Origin: Heterodontus francisci | Taxonomy: Eukaryota | Direction: 5' to 3' | DNA: 64,000 nt | Assembly: GCF_036365525.1 (NCBI RefSeq) | Contig: NC_090386.1 | Coordinates: 35,511,360 to 35,575,359 of the forward strand | Shown: positions 25,635 through 37,823 of the stretch, piece by piece | Layout of the letters: each line of letters starts with the position of its first letter | Position numbering within the stretch: the stretch's first letter is position 1 | Made by a program: the position numbers and the translations under genes | Notes under the pieces: generated by a model | Database searches by the model: none | The model's input: only the letters and a program-made list of their open reading frames with translations | Told to the model about the DNA's origin: nothing

Positions 25635-26131
25635 TGTTATGACAATGTGAGAAAGGGGTCTAGGGGTTCCCTCTCAGCCTTTGCGTGATTTAACCGTAAC
25701 AGGGTTTAATTTTTAAAAACACCATGTTTTTAGTTCCCCCTCAGTGAATCCTTGTTCAGTGCTTTCCAATTGTAAGGCAAAGAAATCAATCAGACAGGTT
25801 TTCTTAGATTTAAACAAGAAAGGTGGAAGTTTATTAAACTTAAACTCTAATTTGGTTAACGACTATGAATACGAGACGCGACCACGCTTGCATGCATACG
25901 CGATAAACATACATGCAGATAGAGACAGAAAAAGTAGAAAGAATAAAAGGGAAAAGTTTGAGTCAATAGCAGGGTTTCTATTTATGGTCCTTTGAGTTCG
26001 TTGTAGAGTCTTTGGTTGCCGGTAAGTCTTGTCGTTTTGTTGGAGCCCAGTGCACGCTTTAAAACCTGTTTTGATGTAGGAGTCTTTTCTCTCTTGAGGT
26101 TTAAGTGACTTCAATGGATCTGGAGATTAGT

Positions 26132-26168
<37 letters not shown>

Positions 26169-26569
26169 TCGCTTCTTCCAAGTTCAGTTGCAATCTGCAG
26201 CCTGACCCAAGCTGTCCTGTAAGCAGTTCAAAACCAGACCTGGGCTAAGCCAGTTAGTCATGTGACTCGCTTTTTTTTTTAACAAACTCCTATGTTTGTG
26301 GATTCCAAAGCTCCCGGTGGGGCAGTGTAGTACTGTCTCTTACACCGACAAGATGTGGATCACCATTGCCCAGACCAATCTCTGCTAATTGAATCAGTGA
26401 GCAGTTCCCATCGTCTCTCCAAGCACTGTCACTTAATATGCAAATGCTTTCCAGTCACTGCTGATCTCTTTAAACAAGTCATCTCTTCACTCCAGAAACA
26501 GTTTAAAATTACTGTTCATGTGATAAAATTAATATGCCTCATTCTTGGCAGGTGGGGGTCTTCATGACA
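25635..26569. mobile_element. Solo LTR inserted in Gypsy 2 RT
   Basis: tgttatga...tcatgaca inverted ends; 4-bp TSD atgc at 25631-25634 and 26570-26573. The RT motif rejoins as LDA|NNGFW. Contains (ga)n at ~26132-26167. Confidence 0.88.
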
Positions 26570-28992
26570 ATGCAAATAATGGGTTTTGGTAACTACCCCT
26601 CAATGAAGAGTCCAAGTTACTCACAATCTTCATTACCCCATTTGGAAGGTTTTGTTTCAACAGACTACCCTTTGGTATTTCGTCAGCACCTGAAATCTTC
26701 CAGGGGACAATGTCAAGAATTCTAGAAGGACTAGATGGAGACTTATGTTATATGGATGATGTCCTGATCCAGGGATCCACTCAGACAGACATGACACTAG
26801 AGTGAGAGCAATAGTGCAACACTTAGAGAAAACAGGACTTACACTCCATAACAAATGCGAGTTCTCGCAGCCGATTGTCAAATTTCTTGGACATTGGATC
26901 TGGCATAAGAGTTGATCCACAGAAGACAAAAGCAATCAAGGAGTTTCCAGCTCCTAGGAACGTGACTGAGCTACAAAGATTTATGGATATGGTAAACCAA
27001 GTTGGAAAGTTTTTGCCCCACCTGGCAGTAGTCAATAAGCTACTACATCATGTGTTAAGACAGGACAGTACATTGTGTTGGGAGGAAGCACAACAGAGAT
27101 CATTTGAGAAAAATCAAGGAAATGCTGATATCACCTGATGTGTTAGCTCACTATGACCCAGAGCTACCCACTATCATTGCTGTGGATGCATCTTCTACAG
27201 GACTGGGAGATGTACTCTTTCAGATACAGACAGATGGAAAGAGCAGTCCAGTTTACTACACATCTCGTTCACTGACAGAGACTGAACAGAGATATGCAGT
27301 GATAGAGAAAGAAGTATTAGCAACTACACGGGCTTGTGTAAAGTTTGCAGACTATGTTATCCAACTTACCTTCAAGATAGAAATGGACCATAAACCATTG
27401 TAATTCTCTTAAGTGCAAAGGAGTTAGCAAAGATGCCTCCACGAGTACAAAGAGTTAGACTGAGGATGATGAAGTTTAATGCAAAGACAGAGTATGTTCC
27501 AGGAAAGCATCTGATCACAGCGGATGCTTTGTCTCATATCCCTGTGGCAAGATCAGAACAAGGTGATGTAGCTCCCTCATTGAGGAGGTAGAAACCTTTG
27601 CATCGACAACAATCACAACTGTACCAGCAACAACTCAGTGACCGAACAAAATCAGAGAATCAGAAAATCTGTTGAAGAATGTGCTCAGTGCAGAGAGTAC
27701 TGCTTCAAAGGATGGCCAGAATACATGCCACACAATCCTATTGTCAGGCAGTACTATGAACAGAGAGGACATCTCAGTGTAGTTGATGATTTACTGATCT
27801 ATGACGAGAGATTGGTCATTCTGAGAGTTCTGAGATTAGATATACTACAAAGGTTGCACCGAGGACATCACAAAATGTCGAGCCAAAGCAAGAAATTCTG
27901 TTTGGTGGCAGGTCTGTCATAATCACTAGAAGAGATGATATCAAGATGTATTACTTGTGCTGTTCATCATCATGAGACAAGAGATATCATCTTTCTTTCC
28001 ATCAAGCTCTTGGGGACATCTTGGAATGGATCTTTTTGAGTACAGAGGTAAAATGTTCTTGCTTGCAGTAGACTATTACTCAAGATTGATAGAAGTCAAG
28101 CAACTGAAGGGTCATACATCTGAAGCAGTGATTACATCATTGAAGGAGATATTTGCAACACATGCAATCCCAGATCTTATAACTTCAGACAATGGACTGC
28201 AGTTTCCAAACAAATACTTTAAAGAGCTCACAGTTTCATATGGATTTGTCATTACCTCCAGCTCACCAAGATACCCTCAAGCCAATGGTGGAGCTGAAAG
28301 AGGAGTGCATACGGTTAAAGCATTACTGAAAAAGAACGTGGATGTCCAACTTGCACTTCTGAGCTATCATTCAACACCACTCCAAAATGATCTAGCCCCA
28401 TATGAACGTCTAATGGGAAAAAGACTGAAAACTCAACTAACTTCTCTCACACATACACTTATGCCACAAGTAAGAGAGGATGACTTGGACAAAGTGAGTG
28501 AGAGAGGATAGAGATCATTCCAATCAGGCCTGGTACCATGACAAATGTCACAAAACATGAAACCTACCAGACATCCAACCAGGGGAGGCAGTTTGGATCC
28601 AAGACCAAAATCAGTATGGATAAGTGATTGAGCAAACACAACATCCAAGATCCTACATTATCCAGACTGAGCATGGTATAGTGAGACGGAATAGACATGC
28701 ATTGGTGGCCATACAGGAGTAGCCTCCTATTCAGGGAAATCAGTTATCTCCAAAATCTAATGGACCAGGGATAACGCATTCATCCACCAATCCAGATGAC
28801 AGCCAGTATGAGGAACCGAAGTCATCCACTAATTCCACTCTTGCACAGCAGTGAGCAGTGTCAGACAGACCACTTAGAGGACTCAAAACCTCAATCCCCT
28901 TCAAAGGAAAAGAGGACTTGTTACGGTAGCCTTGTGAGATCGCCATAGTGATTGTCCATGTAAAAAATGGAAGTCAAAGACTTGGGGGGAGA

Positions 28993-29227
28993 TGTAGCAT
29001 AATATGGTACACTGGATATTCGGTTGTTATTGGGTAAAATATGCTAATCCTGCTATATACCTCATCACAGGAACTGTTGTAACAACAAATGTGTGGATCC
29101 CTTGTGTACAGGCTTGCAAGATGTAAGTCACCACAGTAAGATGTGTTTTAATAAAGCTCCCGTTTTCTTTAACCCATCTGACTCTTCAAATATGTTGTAC
29201 TAGTCTAACAGTAAGCAGAATATTACA
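28993..29227 (+). repeat. 3' LTR of Gypsy 2
   Basis: tgtag...ttaca ends with internal aataaa; homologous to 21505-21558 plus 22801-22980. Confidence 0.9.
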
Positions 29228-32069
29228 AAATATACCCCTGTTCATTACCAGATTTGCCCTAACATTGTACGACTATTACCAATGACCACTACTCATTATA
29301 GTAACTCCTTGAACGAAGCCCCTTTTCCACATCATTTTACTGATTTCACTTACCAGAAATATTTATGAAAAAAATGGATCCTCTGTGGTTGAGTACAATA
29401 CAAGAAGAGTTTAAGGATCCACATTTTGCGTAAGAACAGACTGTCATTTATTCTTTTTTTTGGTAATGATCCTACCAATTGCAAAGGCCAGATTTGTAAG
29501 GCACACCCATGTGCTGCATGCAGCCAGTCATTAGTTACCAAGATAGCGTCCCACCCACGCTCTGTTGGAAGTGTACGCATGCTTATCAGATGCCATTTTC
29601 AAGTATGAGGAGGCAGTGTCACACCGAAAAAATGGGCACGACACATCCCAAATTCTCCTTCACAGTTTGAAGTTAATTCAGATTTTACTTGTTGCTTAAC
29701 GTATTTTGTGGACCCCATCTCACCTCTTTTTGGGTTTTGGACTTAATCCAATCCTAGTGACCAGATTTGTGCTGCCCATGCTGTTCCTTTGCTGACTTCT
29801 CCTTCCCAACACTGGTAGGGTGGGGGGTTAGTGGGAGGGGGGAATGGTTTAGCGCTGCATGCAAGAAGTCCTGGCCACACAAACTGCCAACTCTACTTCT
29901 GCATTTTCTCCCAGGATGCCTGCAGCAGCAACCAGAAGGTCAATCATTGATTCTGGGAGACTTCTGGACAATCTGGGGTGATTGACAGCCCTAAATAAGC
30001 ATGGTACATATCTGAAGACTGGTATCCATAAAGGGTAATGGATGGGTCCCAACTGGGATAAGACTATATGAAGGACAAAGCGCAGCTGGCGAAATTATGT
30101 ATGAGATGATCTGTACAATAAAAAGTGACAATGGAAATGACAGCTCGTGGGAGTCGGCAGAAGGAAGAGTTCAAAGGCAAGAGTTTGTGCCATTGATGAC
30201 CAGCCTGGATAAAACAACTAACTGACTGAATATGCCTGCAACTCAGTTTCCTGACATCTGAAAATTATAATTGATTGGCATTGCAATATAGTGATATTAA
30301 TTATCATTTCAAAGAAAAGTCTAGATATTGGTCTTGGTTTTCTAGATCTACAGTTTTATCCAATCACATCACTGAATATGTCAATTTTTAGTAAATTTGA
30401 GGTAGATTATTAAGAATACACTTAATAAAATGAAGACTCCATATGCACCTGGAAATGAAAAATAATTAACTCAACATAACCTGAGACGCAGCAGGAAAAT
30501 GCCATTGAATTTCTATGAAAGCTAATGTTAAGGGTTAAGATCATCAGCACAGAATTGATAATAATATTCCTGCTCTGTATCTTAGTATTCACTGACAATA
30601 TTTTTCTATTTTCATATTGGGTGTACCAATCTGCCAGAGAATTTTTTTTTTGGAAGCTGAGAAAAGATTTATAGGGATCGTAATATGCAGCAAATGTGAC
30701 CAAATGGGATAATCCCAGGACAAGATATGTTGTTCACAAATATACATCCACGATAAAGAGTTCTATTAAATTTTAAAGGAATAATGAATTTGCATTTAAA
30801 AAACACTTGTGATATTCTTAGGATCCAAAACACCTTATAATGGATTACTTTTGAAATATGAGGGCTGATTTTAACTGCCACTCCAGTAGAAGCAAGGGCT
30901 CAGCAGTTAAAATGGCGATTGCAACTTGTGCCCTTGGACCCCACTAGCTTCCAACAAGCTGCAATTTAACCTACTCTTTTAAGCAGACAAGTGGGACATG
31001 TGCCAAAGGCAGTGGAGACCTTCTATAAATAAACAATTTCATCAGAGCCCAACTGCAATTTTAACCTGAGGCCTGAACAAGGAAGTCATACCCAACAGCA
31101 AGAGGAGCCATGGCCAGTAGAAATCCAGAAAGGTAGGCTAATTTTATTTGTAGTTTTGTTTTCCTGGTGAGCTAGAAGAATCAGGAGTGTTCCTCCGGAC
31201 CCTAAAGGAAACTTTGGATCTCCCCTTCCCTAGGCATCCCTGCCCCCTCCCTTGGCCACAATGCCTTCCCAAACCTCTTCCAATCATTTACCCGAGTGCT
31301 AAGGACCATTACTTCAGCTACCAAGTGTTGGCTTTCTACTGCCACAAATCCTGCTTCCAGCTGCTAGCAGTTCCCTTTGAGTTTGTGCAGGAGATTGAGG
31401 GGGACTATACAGATAAGGCACAGGAGTTAACTTTACTTTCAGCAGTGCAGCATTATGTTGGATATCAATGCTGGCACAGAAAAATCCTCTGAATGCTTAA
31501 TATCTTTTTAATAATAAAGATATGTCTGTGAAAAGACCATTCACCCTGTCCAGCTCTTTCTGATTGCATTCGTTTACTTTCCATTTTCTATCTTCACCTT
31601 GTTTGCTCGAGTCCTTGTGCTGTTTTCTTAAATGGAATTTCTCATTATCTACTGTTCCTCCTTGGTGAAATTTTCTCCTCCATGTTTACAGCTCTCAAGC
31701 TAGAAATTCCTGATATTGCACACAAATTGAGTGTAAAATCTACCACTGAGAATTTACTCAGATCTTCACCTAGCAGCCACCATAACTTTGGTGGAAGATC
31801 AGAAGAAACCCTGTTTGTGAGCTTTTTACAGGATTTCTCTGATCTCCCACCAAGATTACAGCAGCTGATCAGGAGAAACCTCAAGGAAATTCTTGGAGAG
31901 AGCTACCTTTGGAGCTCATCATGCAACATGTAATTCTATTCCCAAACCTCTCCCCAAATATTCTTCCTGTATTCCCAAGGTTGTAAGAAAGTCCCATGTG
32001 TAGGTTGTGTTTTCCCCGTTAAAGTCTAATTAATAGGCCGCTTGAGGGCACTGCCATGGGCATTTTATT

Positions 32070-32832
32070 GGCATAGATTTTGCAGTAGTAATGATAGCAA
32101 AACTGTTAGCAGTCGCTGCCATTACTCCCCTGAAACCAACAGCAAAAACTTCTACAGACCACATGTGTGCAGTTTAACACAAAAGTCCAAAAGTTGCTAT
32201 CTCTGATTCCATGCATCACCGTAGGGTATGCTGCTGAGTCCCCGCAGACTGCAGTCAATTAGAAACCACTGCACTGACAAGAACTTCCACTTTTACGCTA
32301 ATACTCTCACTGTAAAAACCCTTGAGAAAAGTACACTTTGTTGAATGAGGTGTACCTGGGTTTATAACGGCATACCAAGTTCATAATTACTGCTTCTCTG
32401 GCCCTGAAAAAAACTATTATATTTGTGGAATGTCAAATTTCCCCATTATGATGAAAAAAATGCACATAATTTTAAAATTATACATTTTTAAAGTTTGTTT
32501 AGGGATATTTCTGCTTTAAAGTTAATCCCATGTTTACGCCACAATCATTTACTTCACTCATTGTAAAATGATATTAAAAAGTCAAGGAAAATCAGTGTAT
32601 TGTACTTCCTGGCTTGCTGCCTGTGAGAATACTTCAATGTGATTGGCTACCTTCCCTGCTTAATAATATCATTGTTGCTGGGTGCCTGGAGATTCCCTTA
32701 ACTTAGCATCAGGTTCAAACTAATGTTGGGAAAGGGGAAATCCATGCCAGAGAGATCAATAGATCTTTGTGGGCAGCTTTGGAGGTCACTGGCAAGTGCC
32801 ATCACTTCGTCACTGACAGCAAGATCGGAGCC
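32070..32832. mobile_element. Possible degenerate MITE
   Basis: Weak inverted ends ggcatagattttgc / gcaagatcggagcc. Confidence 0.3.
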
Positions 32833-33679
32833 ATTATATAGACTGCAAAAAAGCTCAGGTATATGGAAAATGTACTGAGTGCATATGGCAGGGTAGCAGT
32901 CAGTACATTGGTTCACTATCCTCCTATGTTGAGGGAACAATCCAGAGTTGTAGACAGACTTGTGCATAAAGCATTTAGAAGAGTGGAACTTATACTTGGA
33001 GTTTCTGTTGCAAATACATTTTTCTCACTTATTATGAGCTGGTGCTGAAGCTGTGGAAGAAATAAGAAGATGTGACAGGTAAACAGAAACAAACAAATAA
33101 AAACACGCAAGAATGGTGGGAATCTGAAAAGCAGGGAGAGAGTGGTTAAAATTCTCAAGCTGGCCTGATGGAAAAGCATCCTAAAAAGTCCACAAATATC
33201 AATTTGGTGCCTTGGGCTTGTGTTATCATTAATGTTAAGGCTACTGGTTATGTTTCAGCAACAGTGATAATCTGCATACAAGAAGACAGACTGGAGAAAC
33301 AGTGTTGTACAATTCCATAAATGCATTAACACTGCATTTACAGGTCAGCACATTATTAACAGTTTGTCAAAATGTACTAAATCCACTGACATTCTATCTA
33401 TTATGGCAGAATCAAATTTAATCATCTACAGAAAGGATCCTGAGCATTAGCCATATTTCCAGGTTGTGCTATTTTAAAATTACTTAAATCAGAGGCAAAC
33501 TGTCCCAATTTTAAAAAAAAATTGGGGGCAAAAATTAATAGACTGGTAGCCTAGTTCTGTGTTGCACGAGATGAGATTTTCTGTGAAGCCATTGCTAGCG
33601 TTAACACTACAGTTTTGGCCAATACCATTGTAGAATACCTGAAAATAATCTAGAGTATATGACCAGGTGTGGACAGCAC

Positions 33680-34404
33680 AGGCTGCATTTTATCCCCAAG
33701 GTGGGGGTCGCATCACTGGGCCGGAAAGCCAGGGCAACCGTGCCTCGCCCGTTCGGGGGCCACCTGTTGCATTTTTCAGCACTGAGGCAATTAACTGCCT
33801 GTCGCTGTGGCTCCTGTCCCTTTAAAAGATGGGAGCCCACCTCCAAGAGCAGCTGGTCAATCAGAGGCCTGGCAGTTCTTCAGTCTCAGCAGCGCCACTG
33901 GGAGTGGTGGCCACTGCTGGGACTGCATGTAGCCCAGAGATTCAGTGCGAGTAAGTCGGTTTGGGGGTCGCTGGGGCCAACCAGCGAAGCCCCAGAGAGG
34001 AATGGTGGGGGGGGTGGGGTTTGTTGAGGATGGGGGGGGATAATTCCGCGGAGGCAGCCACTGCTGCCAGGGGGCCCTCCATGGGCCACAGTGTGCCCAG
34101 TCAGGAGGGGCCCCATCCAATTCCACAGGGAGGCCACCTGATTTTACTGGGCAGCCCCCAAGTGGCGGGGAACCCACCTGCTGCTGCAATATGCCAGCCA
34201 CGGTGGTATAAAGTCCGTAAATGATCCTTAATTGACCACTTAAGGGACTCAATTGGCTTCTGAGTGGGAAGGTCATCCTCGACCTTCCCCGCCCTAGTTA
34301 AATTTTGTTGCGTTGGGAAGGCAACAGGCGTTCCGCCCCTGCCTTCCCTCCCATGTTATGCCCACCCCGCAGCCCATCCCGAGAGGACTGGTAAAATCCA
34401 ACCC
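33680..34404. mobile_element. Harbinger-type MITE
   Basis: Ends aggctgcatttta / taaaatccaaccc; 3-bp TSD cac at 33677-33679 and 34405-34407. Interior resembles 59164-59722 in reverse orientation. Confidence 0.8.
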
Positions 34405-35611
34405 CACAATTCCTTCAGAATTAGGGCTTGTTAATTTATTTACTAAATAGGTTTTAACAACAAAAAAAAACCATTAACATTTTCTTTTCAATGGAAAAGG
34501 ACACTTACATTTAACTCAAAAAGAATTAAATGGTCTTGGCTGTGTCTTTCAAACATTTTAAGTCATTAGCGGAATTCAAATGCATAAACTGTATCCCAAA
34601 GCAATGTGTTGACCTACACCTCACTGGCAGTTATAATTCCTGGCTCTTTTAATCTAGAAGTGTTTTTTATAAATTGATTAACAATGCTGTTAATATAATG
34701 AAGAAAGAAATGTTATATTAATATGTTAAATGTCACAATAATTTCTAGCCTTTTATTCCGTTATTAATCCCAAGGAATTAATTATTTTTATGCCCATAGA
34801 AACTCGTTGAATTACCGAGCCTATCCATACCCTGGTTTGTGGCTTCACTGCACAATTAAATTGTTATGATGGGCACAAAGTAAGTATCAGTGGGTATATT
34901 TTATGCCTATTTTAAACTCTAGAGGAATCCTATTTGTCAAGTTTATTAAAGTCAGAATTTCTCCCTGTGAAATCCCATGCTTTCCACTCAGTATTTTTTC
35001 ACCAACTTGGTACCTCTGATAACACCATTTTCACACTTCCGAGGTAGCTTAACAAGCACTGAACTGATCTATGTAACATGCAGCATTAATAACACAGGGA
35101 GCAGAGCACAGTTCCAGGGAGGAAAGGAAAGAAAGAAGAGCACGTTTCATGACCTAGCTAGTAAAGTACTTTTCACTAACAGTGATGAGTTAAACGACAA
35201 GAAAATCTGTTTTTGGTGGTGTTGGTTGAGTGATAAATGCTGGCCAGGCCATCAAGAGTTCTTCCTTCATTGTCAGGTCTTTCACCAAACTTACCCAAAT
35301 GTAGTGAAATCTGGAACTGGCTAATTCTATATCAGCATGGAAAGCAAAGAGTGACCACTCGTGGCTGGAGGCTATCAGCTCATGCAGAGGTAGGCATTAT
35401 GGGGAAGTCATATAAATATAGATATACCCACTGCCAATCATATTCTGTCTTTAAAACACTGTTAATATATTGTTGTCATTTACTTTATCAACACCACTTT
35501 TTAAATTTGAACTGTCTGCTTTTCCCAGGTTGGCTTATAATGCAACAGCAGAATGGGGAAATCAGAGGGAATTTTCTGGGAGAGGTTCGTGCTGTGATCA
35601 TAGACCCATTT

Positions 35612-37823
35612 AGTCATCATCGTCTGTCCCTCAAAATGAGGGTGTCATCTGCCAAGGTTCATGATTTGTGTGCCCTCAGGTGACTCAACAGAAGACAAGT
35701 GTTGCCCTGAGGGAAGGGGGTTCACGAGCTAGCGTCCTGCTCTCCCTCCTTCTGCTTTCGACGCTTCTCCACAGCTGAGCTTATGCGGTCAGTTTCCAAC
35801 TGTGTTGGGGATGAGGCGCCATAATATGGCATGGTTAGCGGCAAGTTCCTCTCACCCACCGATGTCAATTTTGTCCTTAAAACATTTTCTCTGTCCTCCT
35901 TGAGATCAGGTGCCATCCTTAAATTGCAAAAAGAGGATCTTCTTCAGAAGCAGATTATTTGGCATGCAGTTGCAATGTCCAGACCAGCGGAGCTGATTTC
36001 ACATGATCATGGGGTTGTGATGTTGGAGGAATTGGCTTTGGTGAGGATGCTGGAGTTTATTTGCCTGTCTTCCCACGTGACTTTGAGTATCCGGTTAGAG
36101 ACACCACTGGTAGAAATTCGCCAGCGATTGGAGGTGCCTTTGGTGACCCAAGTCTCACTACCATATAGAAGAGAAGTCCATTTATGGAGATCTCTGTTCT
36201 CGAAGACATGGTTACACAATTTTTGGAAAGCTGCACTGACACAGCCATTTCTATGCCGAATCTCCACTTTGATGGTGACATTTTGAGAAAGGCAGCTGCC
36301 GAGATATGGGAAATGCTCATAGACTTCTAAAGTCTCCCCATCAATAACAATAGCTGGAGATGTAGGTGTTTCTCCTGGGATGGCTGGTGGACGAATTTGG
36401 TCTTTCTGATGTTGACTGAGAGATCAACCCTTTTGTATGCGGAGTTGAAGAGGTTGAGGGTGGTCTGAATGTCACTTGCAATGAGGGCCACAATGGCACA
36501 ATCATCAGCATATTTTAAATCGTGAATGTGCTGGAGAGTCACTTTAGTCTTGACTCTCAGCCTGTTAAGGTTGAAAAGCTTCCCCTCAAGTCGAAACTCA
36601 ATCATGACCCCTTGTGGAAGCTGGTCACGATTGAGGTCCGTGACCAGGCTGAGGTAAATAGTGAAGAGAGTTGGTGCAATCAAACGGGCTTGATGCCCGT
36701 TCGGTTGTGAAAGTGTTCGGTCTCCAATTCATTGCAAAGGATGATTACTGTCATACCATCATGCAAAAGTTGCAGGATAGTAACATATTTTGCATGATAT
36801 CCAAGTCTCTGGAGGACTTTCCAATGAGCTTTGCGGTTGATGGAATCAAAGGCCTTTGACAGATCAATAAAGACCACACAAAGCTCTTTGCATTGTTCCA
36901 GACACTTATCTTGGATTTGTCGAGCAACAAAGATCATACCTGTGGTTCCACTGGATGGCTGGAAACCACATTGGGTCTCCCAAAGTACGTCTTTGCTGAT
37001 GGTTAGAAGGCAGTTTGGGAGGATTCATGTGAGAATCTTTCCCACTGTGGACAGCAGGGATATTCCTCCATTGTTCCCATAAATTGATTTAACACCCTTA
37101 AAAAAATGAAACAATGATGGCATTGCGGAAGTCAAGAGGTAGTACCTCTTCTTCCCAGATTTTTGCAAAAAGGTCTGAGAGTTTGAGCAAGAGTTCATGA
37201 CCACCAGCTTTATAGAGCTCTACAGGAATGTTGTGCAGGCATATGCTTATGCTAGAATATACAAGTCTGTGGCCTGTCCAGCAGTTGTTTGCACCCTGCA
37301 TGGCTTGGGTGATGTACACATCCTTTCTATTCTGGGCTCAGACAATGACATAGTCCATGAGGTGCTAATGCTTGGATTGGGGTTGTTTCCACATTGTCTT
37401 ATATTTAGCTTTTTGATGAAAGAGTGTGTTCATGATGGTGAACCCGTGTTCAGTGCACTTGGTGAGGAGGAGAAGACCATTGGCACTTGAATTCCCCACT
37501 CCTTCTTTCCCAATGGTGCCCTTCCAGATGGTGGAGTGATACCCAACTCTGGCATTAAAATCTCCCAGTAGGATCAGTTTGTCTTGTTTTGGGACGGCTG
37601 CCAACACAGAATCCAGATCTGCATAAAAGAGCTCTTTGGTTTTGTCAGTAGAATCGACCTTGGCATTGATGATTGTAGCCCACCGGTTGCCACTGAGTTG
37701 AAAGCATAGGGTCATGGGCCACTCATTAATGCCATTTGGAAGTTCTCTAAGGATATCTGAGATTCTACTTTTGATGGCGAACCCAATTTCATGGATACGA
37801 TGATCCTCCTATGGTTTCCCCTT
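35612..37823 (-). mobile_element. RTE-clade (BovB-like) LINE, RT plus APE endonuclease part
   Basis: DKLILLGDFNARVG; MIFVARQIQDKCLEQ...FIDLSKAFDSINR; APTLFTIY; GKLFNLNRL; YADDCA; LLYGSETW. Frameshifts and deletions. Confidence 0.92.

Larger units (their letters stand above)
21505..29227 (+). mobile_element. Full-length decayed Ty3/Gypsy LTR retrotransposon (Mag-like) with nested insertions
   Basis: LTRs at 21505-22980 (interrupted by a LINE) and 28993-29227. Degenerate PBS ttgtggcaac at 22981; PPT ggggggaga before 28993. Gag (QGESVDAFINYLYKLAEDYGYGGLKDELIRDRIV), RT (YMDDVL), RNase H (DASSTGLG...YAVIEKE...DHKPL), integrase (DYYSR, SDNGLQF, YPQANGGAERGV). TSD is degenerate (agatg/aaata). Confidence 0.92.

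Noticed and set aside
29849-30115. Possible host exon after a minus-strand acceptor (ctttttattgtacag)
   Set aside because: All three frames hit stops within about 40 codons, and there is no recognisable protein similarity.
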